Numbered from the stretch's first letter, positions 38,910-47,984 are shown. The stretch is 64,000 nt of DNA from an uncultured Clostridia bacterium (GCA_964479735.1 CAYZNT010000009.1:41349-105348), one strand, 5' to 3'. Translations and numbers: made by a program. The notes: generated by a model from the letters alone, not told the origin.

Positions 38910-39773
38910 ATGGCGGCTGTGGACGGAATGGAAAACCGGGAAGGCGCAGAAACGGCGAGAAGCGATCCGGGGAACTGGCGCTTCGGGCCGGCCGGGTGGA
39001 GCTACCCCGACTGGCGCGGGACGGTCTACCCCGACCCGGCGCCGCGCGGCTTCCGGCCGCTGGCCTTCGTGGCCGAGCGCTTCGACTTCGTCGAGGTCAA
39101 CACCACCTTCTACCGCATTCCCGAGCCGCGCCTGGCCGCCGGCTGGATCAGCCAGACCGGCGGCCGGCCGGAATTCCGCTTCTGGGTGAAGCTGCACCAC
39201 GCCTTCACCCACGAGCGCCGCCTGGAGCCGCACGCGCTGGAGGCGTTCCGGAGCGCCGTGCGGCCGCTGCAGGCGGCCGGGCGCCTGGCCGGCCTGCTGG
39301 CGCAGTTCCCCTACTCGTTCCACCTCGATTCCGGCGCCAAGCGGCATTTGGCCGCCCTGGCCGACCAGTTCGCCGCCTACCCCCTGGCGGTCGAGTTCCG
39401 CCACGCCGCCTGGCACGATCCGCGCGTGCTCGACTACTGCCGGCAGCGCGGGCTGGCCTGGGTCAACGTCGACCAGCCGGCGGTTTCCGCCAACCTGGCC
39501 CTGACCGCCGAATGCACGCGCCCGGACCTGGCCTACGTGCGCCTGCACGGGCGCAACGCCCGTGACTGGTTCGCGGGCACCGGCCGGGACGCCCGGTACG
39601 ACTACCTCTATTCCGGGCAGGAGCTCGACCAGGTGGCGGGAGTCATCCGGTCGCTCCAGGAGCAGGCGCGCCAGGTCTTCGTGTCCGGCAACAACCACTA
39701 CAAGGGCAGCGCGCTGCGCAACCTGCTGGAGCTGAAAAAGAGGCTGGCCGCGGCGACGCCGGAGGGAGCATGA
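38910..39773 (+). CDS. DUF72 (UPF0759) family protein
   Basis: WRFGPAGWSYPDWRGTVYP...FVEVNTTFYR... is the DUF72 signature. Start is uncertain among 38850, 38910 and 38928. Confidence 0.7.
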   Translation: MAAVDGMENREGAETARSDPGNWRFGPAGWSYPDWRGTVYPDPAPRGFRPLAFVAERFDFVEVNTTFYRIPEPRLAAGWISQTGGRPEFRFWVKLHHAFTHERRLEPHALEAFRSAVRPLQAAGRLAGLLAQFPYSFHLDSGAKRHLAALADQFAAYPLAVEFRHAAWHDPRVLDYCRQRGLAWVNVDQPAVSANLALTAECTRPDLAYVRLHGRNARDWFAGTGRDARYDYLYSGQELDQVAGVIRSLQEQARQVFVSGNNHYKGSALRNLLELKKRLAAATPEGA

Positions 39774-40396
39774 AGCAGGGCGACGGGTGCCGGCTGCTGT
39801 TCGTCGATTGCTATGCGGGCCGCCCGGGAAGGGACAAGGCCGCCGCCTACACCGGCATGCTGCGGCGCGCCGCCGCCGGGCTGGGCCTGCGGCTGGTGAT
39901 CTCCCGGGCGACCGACGGCGCCCTCCCCGCCGGCGCCGAATCGTTCGCCGCGGCGGTGATTTCGGGGTCGCACAAGATGGTCGGCGACGGGCAGTTCGAG
40001 CCGTCCCTGGCCGGCTTCCTGCGCGACTTCCGCCGGCCGCTGCTGGGCATCTGCTACGGCCACCAGCTCCTGGCCCGCGCCTGGGGCGGGACGGTGGTGC
40101 GCGGCGCGCATCCCCGCCTCGGTGACGAGGAGATCCGCCTGCTGGAGCCGCACCCGCTCTTCGCCGGCTTTCCGGAGCGCTTTCCCGTGAACGAGAGCCA
40201 CCACGAGGTGGTGCTCCGGGACGACCCGCTGCACCAGGAGTTCCGGCTCCTGGCGGTGGACGGGGGGGGGCAGGTGGAAGCGATCGCCCACCGCGAGCAC
40301 CCCCTCTACGGCGTGCAGTTCCATCCCGAGCGCTCGGGGGCCTGGGGCGAGAAACTGCTGGCCAATTTTCTCCAGCTGGCCCCCGAAACCGGCTGA
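39770..40396 (+). CDS. Class I glutamine amidotransferase-like protein
   Basis: Nucleophile-elbow GICYGHQLL and the C-terminal HPE (GVQFHPE). Confidence 0.8.
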   Translation: MKQGDGCRLLFVDCYAGRPGRDKAAAYTGMLRRAAAGLGLRLVISRATDGALPAGAESFAAAVISGSHKMVGDGQFEPSLAGFLRDFRRPLLGICYGHQLLARAWGGTVVRGAHPRLGDEEIRLLEPHPLFAGFPERFPVNESHHEVVLRDDPLHQEFRLLAVDGGGQVEAIAHREHPLYGVQFHPERSGAWGEKLLANFLQLAPETG

Positions 40397-40475
40397 ACGA
40401 GCGGGGCGGAGCAGCGGGACTCGACCTCCCGGAAAGGGGGCTGCCTTCGTTTTGTTTCCGATCTCGGGACCGCTC

Positions 40476-42512
40476 TTACCGCTTGGTCTTTTTCAGCGCC
40501 TCGGCGGCGGCCTCGAGCAGGGGCTTGACGGAGATCTCGCTGCCGGTGGCGATCTTCATCCAGGCGTCGGGGGTGAGGCGGCCAACCGCGCACATGCGCT
40601 CCATTTCCGCCCCCAGGCTGCGCCCTGCCAGGTGGCGGCCGATCTGGAACTCGATGAGCTGGCCCAGGGGGTAATCGGACAGGTAGAGGGGATAGTGGAT
40701 CATGTGCGAGTATACGGCCAGGATCACCTGGTCGCGCACCCCGAACACGTCGGCGTAGTACTTGTTCCAGACGTCGCGGGCGATGGAGATGACCGCCCGG
40801 CGCAGGTCCTCGGGGCGGGCGGCGGGGTTCTGGTACAACCACTCCCAGACGCGCATGTCCACCAGGGACACGCCCATGATCTCGTAGCACGACCAGAGGG
40901 CGTCCAGCGCCTGCAGGAAGTGGGACTGGGAGTCCTCGCGATTCAGCCCGAGCACCTCCAGGTCGCGCCCCTGGAAGATGAAGGCGAACGCCTCGCTGAA
41001 GGCGGAGTTGGGCACACCGGCCAGCATGGGGTGGTCCGCGCGGTGCATCGACAGCACCTGCTCCACGCAATGGCCCAGCTCGTGCAGGGCGATGTTGAAC
41101 CCCTTGTAGTTCAGGCCGGCGGCCGGCACACGGGTTCGCAGGTGCGCCTTCTCGGAGCGCATGGCCGGTCCCCAGGCGTGGCCGATGCCGCGGGCGGCGT
41201 CCACCTCGATCCGCGCCGCGATGAAGTCGGCCGGCCGGGCGCCGAACCCGAGGGTGACCAGGATGTCGCGGAGGTCCTGCTCGAACGCCTGGGCGTCCGG
41301 GTAGCGGCGGGCCACCAGCCGGTCCAGCTCCGCCTCCTGGGGGGCGGAGCCGCGGAAGCCGTTGTACCAGATGTCGAAGGGGCGAAGCTTGCGGCCCAGG
41401 CGCTTCTCCACCAGGAGCGCCACCTGGCGCACCTCGGGGGCCGAGAGCAGCTGGGTGAACATTTCGCTCACCTGCTCCCTGGGGATCTCGCGCCCGCTCT
41501 CGAACGAACGCTGGATGTAGGTCGGCATGGCGGGGTGGCAGGCGTCGAGCTCGCGCGCGGCATGAAAGATGTCGAGCAGGTGCAAGTAGCGCGAATTGGG
41601 CTCGGGGGTCCAGGCGACCTCCTTGCCGTCCCGCCACAGGCGGTTGCTGAAGGGGTTCCACTCGCAGGCCGGCGAGTTGATCACCGGGCGCGGGATGTCC
41701 TGCTGGACGATGCGCTTGAACACCTCGTAGATCGTCTCCTGGCGGGCCAGGCCGGCGCGATCCGCGTAGCGCGCCCGGATCTCGTCGCGCAGGCCCCAGT
41801 GGCTGATCAGCTTCAGGTCGGGCGGGAAGAGCCGCTGGCCGTCGCGGCCGAGCAGCCTCCCCAGGTAGATGTCGTACTCGGAGATGTAGGTCTGGGCCCG
41901 GGTCCGGGCTCCGGCCATCTGTTGTCGGACCCGGGCCGGCACGCGCGCGGTGAAGTGGTCCCCCAGCCGCGCCATGGCCCAGTCCAGGCGGTTCCAGCGG
42001 GCCGCCGCCTCGCCCTTTTCGCTCAGCGTGTAGTGGGGAAAGTTGAGCATGACCAGGAAGGCGATGCGGTTGGCGAACAGGTCGTCGGTGAGGTGGGCCC
42101 CGGGATCGTACTGGCCGAACAGCTCGTCGATGGTTCCGATCTCCCCGGCGTCCTCGTCCAGCGGCCGTTTCAGGTCCAGGCTGATCCGGTTGAAGTGGCC
42201 GGCCAGGGTCTCGAAGTGCGCCTCCAGGCGGGCGAAGGCGGCGTTCAGGGCCGGGCCGGCGGGGAGGAAGTTCTCCTTGCAGAATTTCTGGAACTCCCCG
42301 GCGCTGCCGTCGCTTTCCAGCCAGAGCGCCGCCACCTGGCCCACGCCCTTGTCGATCCGCTCCTTCTGGCCCTCGCCGAATTTCCCGGCCAGGAACTGGC
42401 GCACCAGGGTCTGGGTCTGCTCGTCGATGAAGGAATCGTCTGCGCCAAGGGGCTCCGCCGCAGCCAGCAGCAGGGAGAAGGCGACGCAGAGGATGGGGAT
42501 CGATCGGTTCAC
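40476..42512 (-). CDS. Secreted putative zinc metallopeptidase (HEXXH motif), family unassigned
   Basis: Signal peptide MNRSIPILCVAFSLLLAAAEPLGA, then FNIALHELGHCVEQ (HEXXH) with a downstream Glu, 678 aa. Confidence 0.55.
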   Translation of the reverse strand: MNRSIPILCVAFSLLLAAAEPLGADDSFIDEQTQTLVRQFLAGKFGEGQKERIDKGVGQVAALWLESDGSAGEFQKFCKENFLPAGPALNAAFARLEAHFETLAGHFNRISLDLKRPLDEDAGEIGTIDELFGQYDPGAHLTDDLFANRIAFLVMLNFPHYTLSEKGEAAARWNRLDWAMARLGDHFTARVPARVRQQMAGARTRAQTYISEYDIYLGRLLGRDGQRLFPPDLKLISHWGLRDEIRARYADRAGLARQETIYEVFKRIVQQDIPRPVINSPACEWNPFSNRLWRDGKEVAWTPEPNSRYLHLLDIFHAARELDACHPAMPTYIQRSFESGREIPREQVSEMFTQLLSAPEVRQVALLVEKRLGRKLRPFDIWYNGFRGSAPQEAELDRLVARRYPDAQAFEQDLRDILVTLGFGARPADFIAARIEVDAARGIGHAWGPAMRSEKAHLRTRVPAAGLNYKGFNIALHELGHCVEQVLSMHRADHPMLAGVPNSAFSEAFAFIFQGRDLEVLGLNREDSQSHFLQALDALWSCYEIMGVSLVDMRVWEWLYQNPAARPEDLRRAVISIARDVWNKYYADVFGVRDQVILAVYSHMIHYPLYLSDYPLGQLIEFQIGRHLAGRSLGAEMERMCAVGRLTPDAWMKIATGSEISVKPLLEAAAEALKKTKR

Positions 42513-42576
42513 GGGCTGTCTCCTGGCGCTACTCTACCATGACCGGCCTGGGCAGGCAAGGGCGGGCGGGAAACGT

Positions 42577-42605
42577 TTGCTTGCAATCCGGCTCTTTGTT
42601 AAAAT
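42577..42605 (+). promoter_or_regulatory. Sigma70-like promoter (TTGCTT, 17 bp spacer, TAAAAT) for the corrinoid-protein operon
   Basis: TTGCTT at 42577-42582 and TAAAAT at 42600-42605. The 5' UTR of about 40 nt has no room for a cobalamin riboswitch. Confidence 0.5.
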
Positions 42606-42648
42606 CGTCCCGGAAAATTTGCAGGCCGGGAAAACCGGCAGGAGGGCG

Positions 42649-43296
42649 ATGGACAAGTCCGAAGCGATTGCCCGGATCGAGGCTTTTCTGCTCTCCCTGG
42701 ACTCGCTTGCGCTCCGCGGGCTGGTCTCCGGGCTGCTGGCCACCCTGTCCGCTCAGGACATCGCGGCGCACCTGCTCCAGCCGGCCCTGGAGCGGATCGG
42801 CGAGAAGTGGCAGCGCGGGGAGCTGGCCCTGTCGCAGGTCTACATGAGCGGCAAACTGTCCGAACAGTTGCTTGACTCGTTCCTGCCCGCCGCTGACCCG
42901 CAGCGGAAATCGGAGCCGAAGATGGCGATCGCCGTCCTCGAGGACTACCACTTTTTAGGCAAGCGCATCGTTCATGCACACCTGCGCGCGTCGGGCTTCG
43001 AGCTGTTGGATTACGGGCGCCGTGAGGCTGGGGATCTGGCCGAAAAGGCGGGGCACGACCGTCTGCAGGTGCTGCTGATCTCTACCCTGATGTACCCGTC
43101 GGCTCTCCGCGTTCGTGAGGTACGCGCCCGCCTCGATCGCCTGGCGCCCCAGGTGCGCATCCTGGTCGGAGGGGCGCCGTTCAACCTGGACGAAACCCTG
43201 TGGCGGTCGGTGGGAGCCGATGCCATGGGCCGGGACGCCGCCGCGGCGGCCCGCCTGGTCGTCCAGCTGGGCGTGAAGGCCCCGGGGGCGGCATGA
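42649..43296 (+). CDS. Cobalamin-binding protein (B12-binding_2 helical cap plus B12-binding Rossmann domain; MtbC/MtaC-like or CarH-sensor-like)
   Basis: DYHFLG (the DxHxxG lower-axial-ligand motif), a downstream S-x-L and GG motifs (LLISTLM...ILVGGAPF), 215 aa. Confidence 0.75.
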   Translation: MDKSEAIARIEAFLLSLDSLALRGLVSGLLATLSAQDIAAHLLQPALERIGEKWQRGELALSQVYMSGKLSEQLLDSFLPAADPQRKSEPKMAIAVLEDYHFLGKRIVHAHLRASGFELLDYGRREAGDLAEKAGHDRLQVLLISTLMYPSALRVREVRARLDRLAPQVRILVGGAPFNLDETLWRSVGADAMGRDAAAAARLVVQLGVKAPGAA

Positions 43297-44321
43297 CCTC
43301 GCTGGAGCGCGTATTGACCGCGCTGGGACATCGTGAACCCGACCGGGTGCCTCTTTTCCTGTTGCTGACCATGCACGGTGCGAAGGAGCTGGGGCTTTCC
43401 ATCCGGGAATACTATTCCCGGGGGGAGAACGTGGCCGAAGGGCAGGTGCGCCTGCGCCGCAAGTATGGGCATGACTGCCTCTATCCCTTTTTCTACGCTC
43501 CTCTGGAAATCGAGGCCTGGGGCGGAGAGGTGATCTTCCGAGACGACGGCCCGCCCAACTCCGGGGAGCCGTTCATCTCGTCGCCACGGCAGATCAGCCA
43601 TCTGGAGCCGCCGCGGGTCAGAGATGCAAAGTGCCTGTCCAAGGTGTTGCAGGGCATACGCCTGCTGAAGGAACGAGTGGGGGACCAAGCCCCCATCATC
43701 GGCGTGGTCATGTCGCCCTTCTCCCTGCCGGTCATGCAGATGGGGTTCGAAGGCTATCTCGATCTGATGATGACCCGCCCCCGGCTCCTGCACCGGCTGC
43801 TGCGGCTGAACGAGGCCTTTGCCGTGGAGTGGGCCAACGCGCAATTGGCGGCGGGGGCGACGGCCATCTGCTATTTCGACCCGCTCTCCTCACCCTCCAT
43901 GGTCCCCCGCGACCTCTTCCTGAAAACCGGCTACCGCGTCGCCCGGCGCACGCTGCCCGCGATCCGGGGGGCGATCGCCGTTCACCTGGCCTCCGGGCGC
44001 AGCCTGCCGATCATCGACGACGTCATCCGGGCCGGGGCGGCGGTGGTCGGTACCAGCAGCGTGGAGGACCTGGCCGAGGTGAAGGCGGCCTGCGCGGGGA
44101 GAATGACCGTGCTGGGCAACCTCAACGGCATCGAGATGTGCCGTTGGTGCCCGGCGGAGGCGGAGGAGGCCGTGCGCAACGCCATCGCCAAGGCGGCCGC
44201 GGGAGGAGGCTTCATCCTCTCGGACAACCACGGCGAGATACCCTTTCAGGTGGGCGACGACGTGCTTGCGGCCATCGCCGAGGCGACGCGGCGACACGGC
44301 ACCTACCCCATCGGGGAATGA
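43293..44321 (+). CDS. URO-D-like methyltransferase (MtaA/CmuA family; methylcobamide methyltransferase II-like)
   Basis: 342 aa URO-D fold (...YPFFYAPLEIEAWGGEV...VMSPFSLPVMQMGFEGY...). ATGA overlap with the corrinoid protein gene. Confidence 0.7.
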   Translation: MTSLERVLTALGHREPDRVPLFLLLTMHGAKELGLSIREYYSRGENVAEGQVRLRRKYGHDCLYPFFYAPLEIEAWGGEVIFRDDGPPNSGEPFISSPRQISHLEPPRVRDAKCLSKVLQGIRLLKERVGDQAPIIGVVMSPFSLPVMQMGFEGYLDLMMTRPRLLHRLLRLNEAFAVEWANAQLAAGATAICYFDPLSSPSMVPRDLFLKTGYRVARRTLPAIRGAIAVHLASGRSLPIIDDVIRAGAAVVGTSSVEDLAEVKAACAGRMTVLGNLNGIEMCRWCPAEAEEAVRNAIAKAAAGGGFILSDNHGEIPFQVGDDVLAAIAEATRRHGTYPIGE

Positions 44322-44328
44322 TCTCGGC

Positions 44329-45636
44329 ATGGATCGGCCGGTTCGGCTGCTGATTTGCGGGAATTTCCGCGGCGAAGCGCTGGCCGCCCTCTCCGCGGGC
44401 GACTGGCACGGGGTGCGGGTGGACTTCTTTCCGGCAGCGTGCGGGAAGCGCGCCCTGTCCGAGAGGGACCTGGCCGCCTGCGCGGGCGGGATCGACGACG
44501 GCGAGGAGGGTTTGATCGTGGGCTCCGCTTGCCTGGCCCAGGTCGGGCACCTGGACGGCCCGCTCTCCCGGTTCGGGCTCCTGCGGCAGGAGCTTTGCTT
44601 CCACATGGTCGCCGGCAGGGACCTGGTCCACTCCTATACCGCTTCGGGCGCTTACCTGGTCACTCCGGGCTGGCTGGCCGACTGGCGGGAGAACGTCGCC
44701 CGTTGGGGAGACCCGGAGGCGGTCCGGGCCATGTTCGCGGAATCGGTCAGCCGCCTCCTCCTGCTGGATACCGGAGTCGATCCGCGCAGCCGCGCGCACC
44801 TGGCCGACATGTCCGCCTGGATCGGCCGGCCTGCGGAGGCCCTCCCCGTCGGGATCGATTTCTTCCGGATGTTCCTGCAGAACGAAATCGGCAGGCTGCG
44901 CTTGAAAAGACGGGGAGCTCCTCCCATCGACGTCCCGGAGCCGGAGCCGGCACGGGCGGCCGACTACGCCATGGCCCTGGAACTGCTGGGCGACATTCCG
45001 CGCACGGAGCGGGAGGAAGCCGTGATCACCCGCATCGCCGACTTGTTCAAGATGCTCTTTTCGACCGGCTATTTCCGCATATTGACGATCGTCGAAGGTC
45101 GGCCGGGTCCGCTTTGGTCATCTCCGCCGCTGCCCGATGCGGCGGAGGTGCGGCAGGAGCTGGAGGCGTTTGATCTGCCGTTCGAGATGCTCGAAGACCG
45201 CCAGGGATTCCGTCTCCGGGTCGGCTCTTCCGAAGGCACTCTGGCCGTGATCGAGGCGGGCGGCATCTCTTTCCCTGAGCACCTGCCGCGCTACTTGAAC
45301 CTGGCCCTGGGGCTGGTCAAGCTGATCGTCCTGGCCCTGCAGAACGCCCGCGTCTTCGAGCAGCGCGAGAAGCTGCTGGCCGAGCTGCAGGGCGCCCTCG
45401 GCAACGTGAAGCGCCTCAGCGGCCTGCTGCCCATCTGCGCCAACTGCAAGAAGATCCGCGATGACCAGGGCTACTGGCAGCAGGTGGAGACGTACATCGC
45501 CGAGCATTCGCAGGCCGACTTCACCCACGGCATCTGCCCCGACTGCATGGACATTCTCTACCCGGGTGCGAGCAAACGCATCAGGCGCTCCAAGAAGGGG
45601 GGGGGAGAGGGGTTGCCGGGAGACGATACCGAATAG
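44329..45636 (+). CDS. Sensor-like protein paralog A: N-terminal Cys-rich domain (possibly DUF1638-like), central coiled-coil/PAS-like region, and a C-terminal conserved Cys4 motif domain
   Basis: 435 aa. The C-terminus is LSGLLPICANCKKIRDDQGYWQQVETYIAEHSQADFTHGICPDCMDILYPG. There is no HisKA/HATPase, GGDEF, EAL, HTH or REC domain. Confidence 0.65.
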   Translation: MDRPVRLLICGNFRGEALAALSAGDWHGVRVDFFPAACGKRALSERDLAACAGGIDDGEEGLIVGSACLAQVGHLDGPLSRFGLLRQELCFHMVAGRDLVHSYTASGAYLVTPGWLADWRENVARWGDPEAVRAMFAESVSRLLLLDTGVDPRSRAHLADMSAWIGRPAEALPVGIDFFRMFLQNEIGRLRLKRRGAPPIDVPEPEPARAADYAMALELLGDIPRTEREEAVITRIADLFKMLFSTGYFRILTIVEGRPGPLWSSPPLPDAAEVRQELEAFDLPFEMLEDRQGFRLRVGSSEGTLAVIEAGGISFPEHLPRYLNLALGLVKLIVLALQNARVFEQREKLLAELQGALGNVKRLSGLLPICANCKKIRDDQGYWQQVETYIAEHSQADFTHGICPDCMDILYPGASKRIRRSKKGGGEGLPGDDTE

Positions 45637-45705
45637 GCGGTCCACGCCCCGGCGCCGGGGCGGCAGGGCAACCCCCATACGATTCCCCCGCCTCTGTGTT
45701 ACAAT

Positions 45706-46803
45706 ATGGTCCGAATGGCCACGAGAGATTTTTCCCGGCTCATCTCGGACAACGAACGCTGGCTCATGCGCCGGGTGCTGGAGTACGCCCGCGCCCACGG
45801 CTATACCCGCTACACGTCGACCCTCGAGGAGGCCTGGCGCGTCTCCATCGCCGGCTTGAACGAGCGCCTTCTGGCTGCGTGGGAGAGCGACCCGCGACCG
45901 CGGGAGCTCGGCCCGGACGAGGACTACACCCGCGACCCGGCCGCCGCCTTCGGCATCCTCGAGGCGCAGCGACACCGCTCGCGCGGCATCACCCTGCCGA
46001 TGTTCCTGGGATTGATGAAGTACTACCGTCAGGCCTACGTCGACCTGGTCGAAGAGATGGGCGAGCCGCTCCGGCGGGCCGAATGGCGCCGGTTCGTCGA
46101 CCGCTTCTTCGACCGCGTTGAACTGGGGTTCATCTCGGAGTGGGGCGCCTGCCGGGACGGCGACCGGCTGGCCGAGCTGCAGGCGCAGAACCGCTCCATG
46201 ACCAACGAGAAGAACAAGTACCTGACCATCTTCGAGAGCCTCTCCAAGCCGGTCTTCCTGCTGAACGAAGCCCACCTGGTCGAAAACGCCAACCACGCGG
46301 CCGTCTCGCTCTTCCTGCCCGGCAGCTCCCCCGGGGCCGTCTACTACCGCGAGCGTCCGCTGCAGGAGTCCCTGCCCTGGCTCTTCCCCGAGTTCGCCGC
46401 CTTCGCCTCCGGTGACCATGTGGAGCTTTCGTTCGAAAAGCGCCTGGAATGCCGCGAGGGAGGCCGCGATTTCCAGGTCCGCCTGCGGCGCATGCTCGAC
46501 GTCTCGGGGAAGTTCACCGGCACCACCGTGATCCTCACCGACATCACCGAGCTGCACCAGGCCTGGGAGCAGGTGAACCAGCTCACCGGACTGCTGCCCA
46601 TCTGCGCCAACTGCAAGAAGATCCGCGACGACCAGGGCTACTGGCAGCAGGTGGAAACCTACATCGCCGACCGTTCCCAGGCCGATTTCACCCACGGCAT
46701 CTGCCCCGAGTGCATGGAGACCCTCTACCCGGGGGCAAGCGAGCAGATCAAGCGCCGGAAGAGGAACGCCAGCCAGACGACTCCACGGCGGGATGGCGAC
46801 TAG
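45706..46803 (+). CDS. Sensor-like protein paralog B: helical N-terminal domain, PAS-like domain, same C-terminal Cys4 motif domain
   Basis: 365 aa. The C-terminus is LTGLLPICANCKKIRDDQGYWQQVETYIADRSQADFTHGICPECMETLYPG. The 3' about 150 bp of DNA is about 90% identical to that of paralog A. Confidence 0.65.
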   Translation: MVRMATRDFSRLISDNERWLMRRVLEYARAHGYTRYTSTLEEAWRVSIAGLNERLLAAWESDPRPRELGPDEDYTRDPAAAFGILEAQRHRSRGITLPMFLGLMKYYRQAYVDLVEEMGEPLRRAEWRRFVDRFFDRVELGFISEWGACRDGDRLAELQAQNRSMTNEKNKYLTIFESLSKPVFLLNEAHLVENANHAAVSLFLPGSSPGAVYYRERPLQESLPWLFPEFAAFASGDHVELSFEKRLECREGGRDFQVRLRRMLDVSGKFTGTTVILTDITELHQAWEQVNQLTGLLPICANCKKIRDDQGYWQQVETYIADRSQADFTHGICPECMETLYPGASEQIKRRKRNASQTTPRRDGD

Positions 46804-47944
46804 GCGGGTTTCCCTCCGGCAGGAGCCGGTGGCCTGGGTTCCCCCCCTGCTCTCCTGGTTCGCCGCCAACCGGCGCGACCTCCCCTGGCGCCGGCGGCGC
46901 ACTCCCTACCGGGTCTGGGTGTCGGAGGTGATGCTGCAGCAGACCCGGGTGGAGACGGCCGTTCCGTATTACCTCCGCTTCCTCCGCCGACTCCCGACCC
47001 TGGCCTCGCTGGCCGCCGCCGACCTGCAGGCGGTGCTGAAACTGTGGGAGGGGCTCGGCTACTACCAGCGGGCGCGCAACCTGCACCAGGCCGCGCGCCG
47101 GGTGATGGCGGAACACGGCGGGCGCATCCCCGCGGACGCCGCGCGCTTCGGCTCCCTGCCCGGGGCCGGGGAGTACCTGACCGCGGCGGTGCTGAGCATC
47201 GCCGCCGGTCTGCCGCTGGCCGCGGTGGACGGCAACGTGCTGCGCGTCTGGGCGCGCCGGGCCGGCCTGCGCGCCGACATCGGCTCCGCGGCGACCCGGC
47301 GCCGGGTGCGCGATGCGCTGCAGGAGATCATCCCGCGCGACCGCCCGGGAGACTTCAACGAGGCGATGATGGAGCTGGGCGCCCTGGTGTGCACCCCGCG
47401 CCGCCCCTCCTGCCCCGAATGCCCGCTGGCTTCCTCCTGCAGGGCCAGGTCCCTCGGTTTGACGGAAAAGATCCCGGTGCGGAAGAAGGCCCGTTTCGTC
47501 CCCACCCATCGCGTGGCCGTGGCCGCCCTGGTGCGAGGCGACCGCTTCTTCGTCCAGCAGCGGCCCGAGGGCGGCCACCTGGGGGGGCTCTGGGAGTTCC
47601 CCGGGGGCAAGGCGAAGCCGGGGGAAGACCTCGAGGAGGCCCTGCGCCGCGAGCTTCGCGAGGAGCTGAACATCGGGACCGACATCCTGGCCGAGCTGGA
47701 TACGGTGCGCCACGCCTACAGCCACTTCGCGGTCGTGCTCACCCTCTTCGCCTGCCGCCCGCGCGGCCGCATCCGCTGCGCCGCCCCGCACCGCTGGATC
47801 ACCCCGGGAGATATTCCCGGCCTGCCCTTCCCGAAGGCCAACCACCGCCTCTTCCCGGCGCTGACCGGCTGGCTGGAAGGGTATTGGCCGCGCGGGCAGG
47901 AGCAGAGAAGATCCGCGCGGCTGGCAAAAGGCGGGGGTTTGTGA
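46793..47944 (+). CDS. mutY: A/G-specific adenine DNA glycosylase
   Basis: HhH-GPD region, the 4Fe-4S cluster motif CTPRRPSCPECPLASSC, and a C-terminal NUDIX-like domain (FPGGKAKPGEDLEEALRRELREEL). Confidence 0.9.
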   Translation: MATRRVSLRQEPVAWVPPLLSWFAANRRDLPWRRRRTPYRVWVSEVMLQQTRVETAVPYYLRFLRRLPTLASLAAADLQAVLKLWEGLGYYQRARNLHQAARRVMAEHGGRIPADAARFGSLPGAGEYLTAAVLSIAAGLPLAAVDGNVLRVWARRAGLRADIGSAATRRRVRDALQEIIPRDRPGDFNEAMMELGALVCTPRRPSCPECPLASSCRARSLGLTEKIPVRKKARFVPTHRVAVAALVRGDRFFVQQRPEGGHLGGLWEFPGGKAKPGEDLEEALRRELREELNIGTDILAELDTVRHAYSHFAVVLTLFACRPRGRIRCAAPHRWITPGDIPGLPFPKANHRLFPALTGWLEGYWPRGQEQRRSARLAKGGGL

Positions 47945-47984
47945 TACCCATATGGTCGGACCCGAAGCACTCCGGGAGGAGAAC

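Noticed and set aside
42513-42648. Cobalamin riboswitch upstream of the B12-binding protein gene
   Set aside because: The 5' UTR from the predicted promoter to the ATG is only about 40 nt. No B12-box-like element is visible, and a riboswitch needs about 200 nt.
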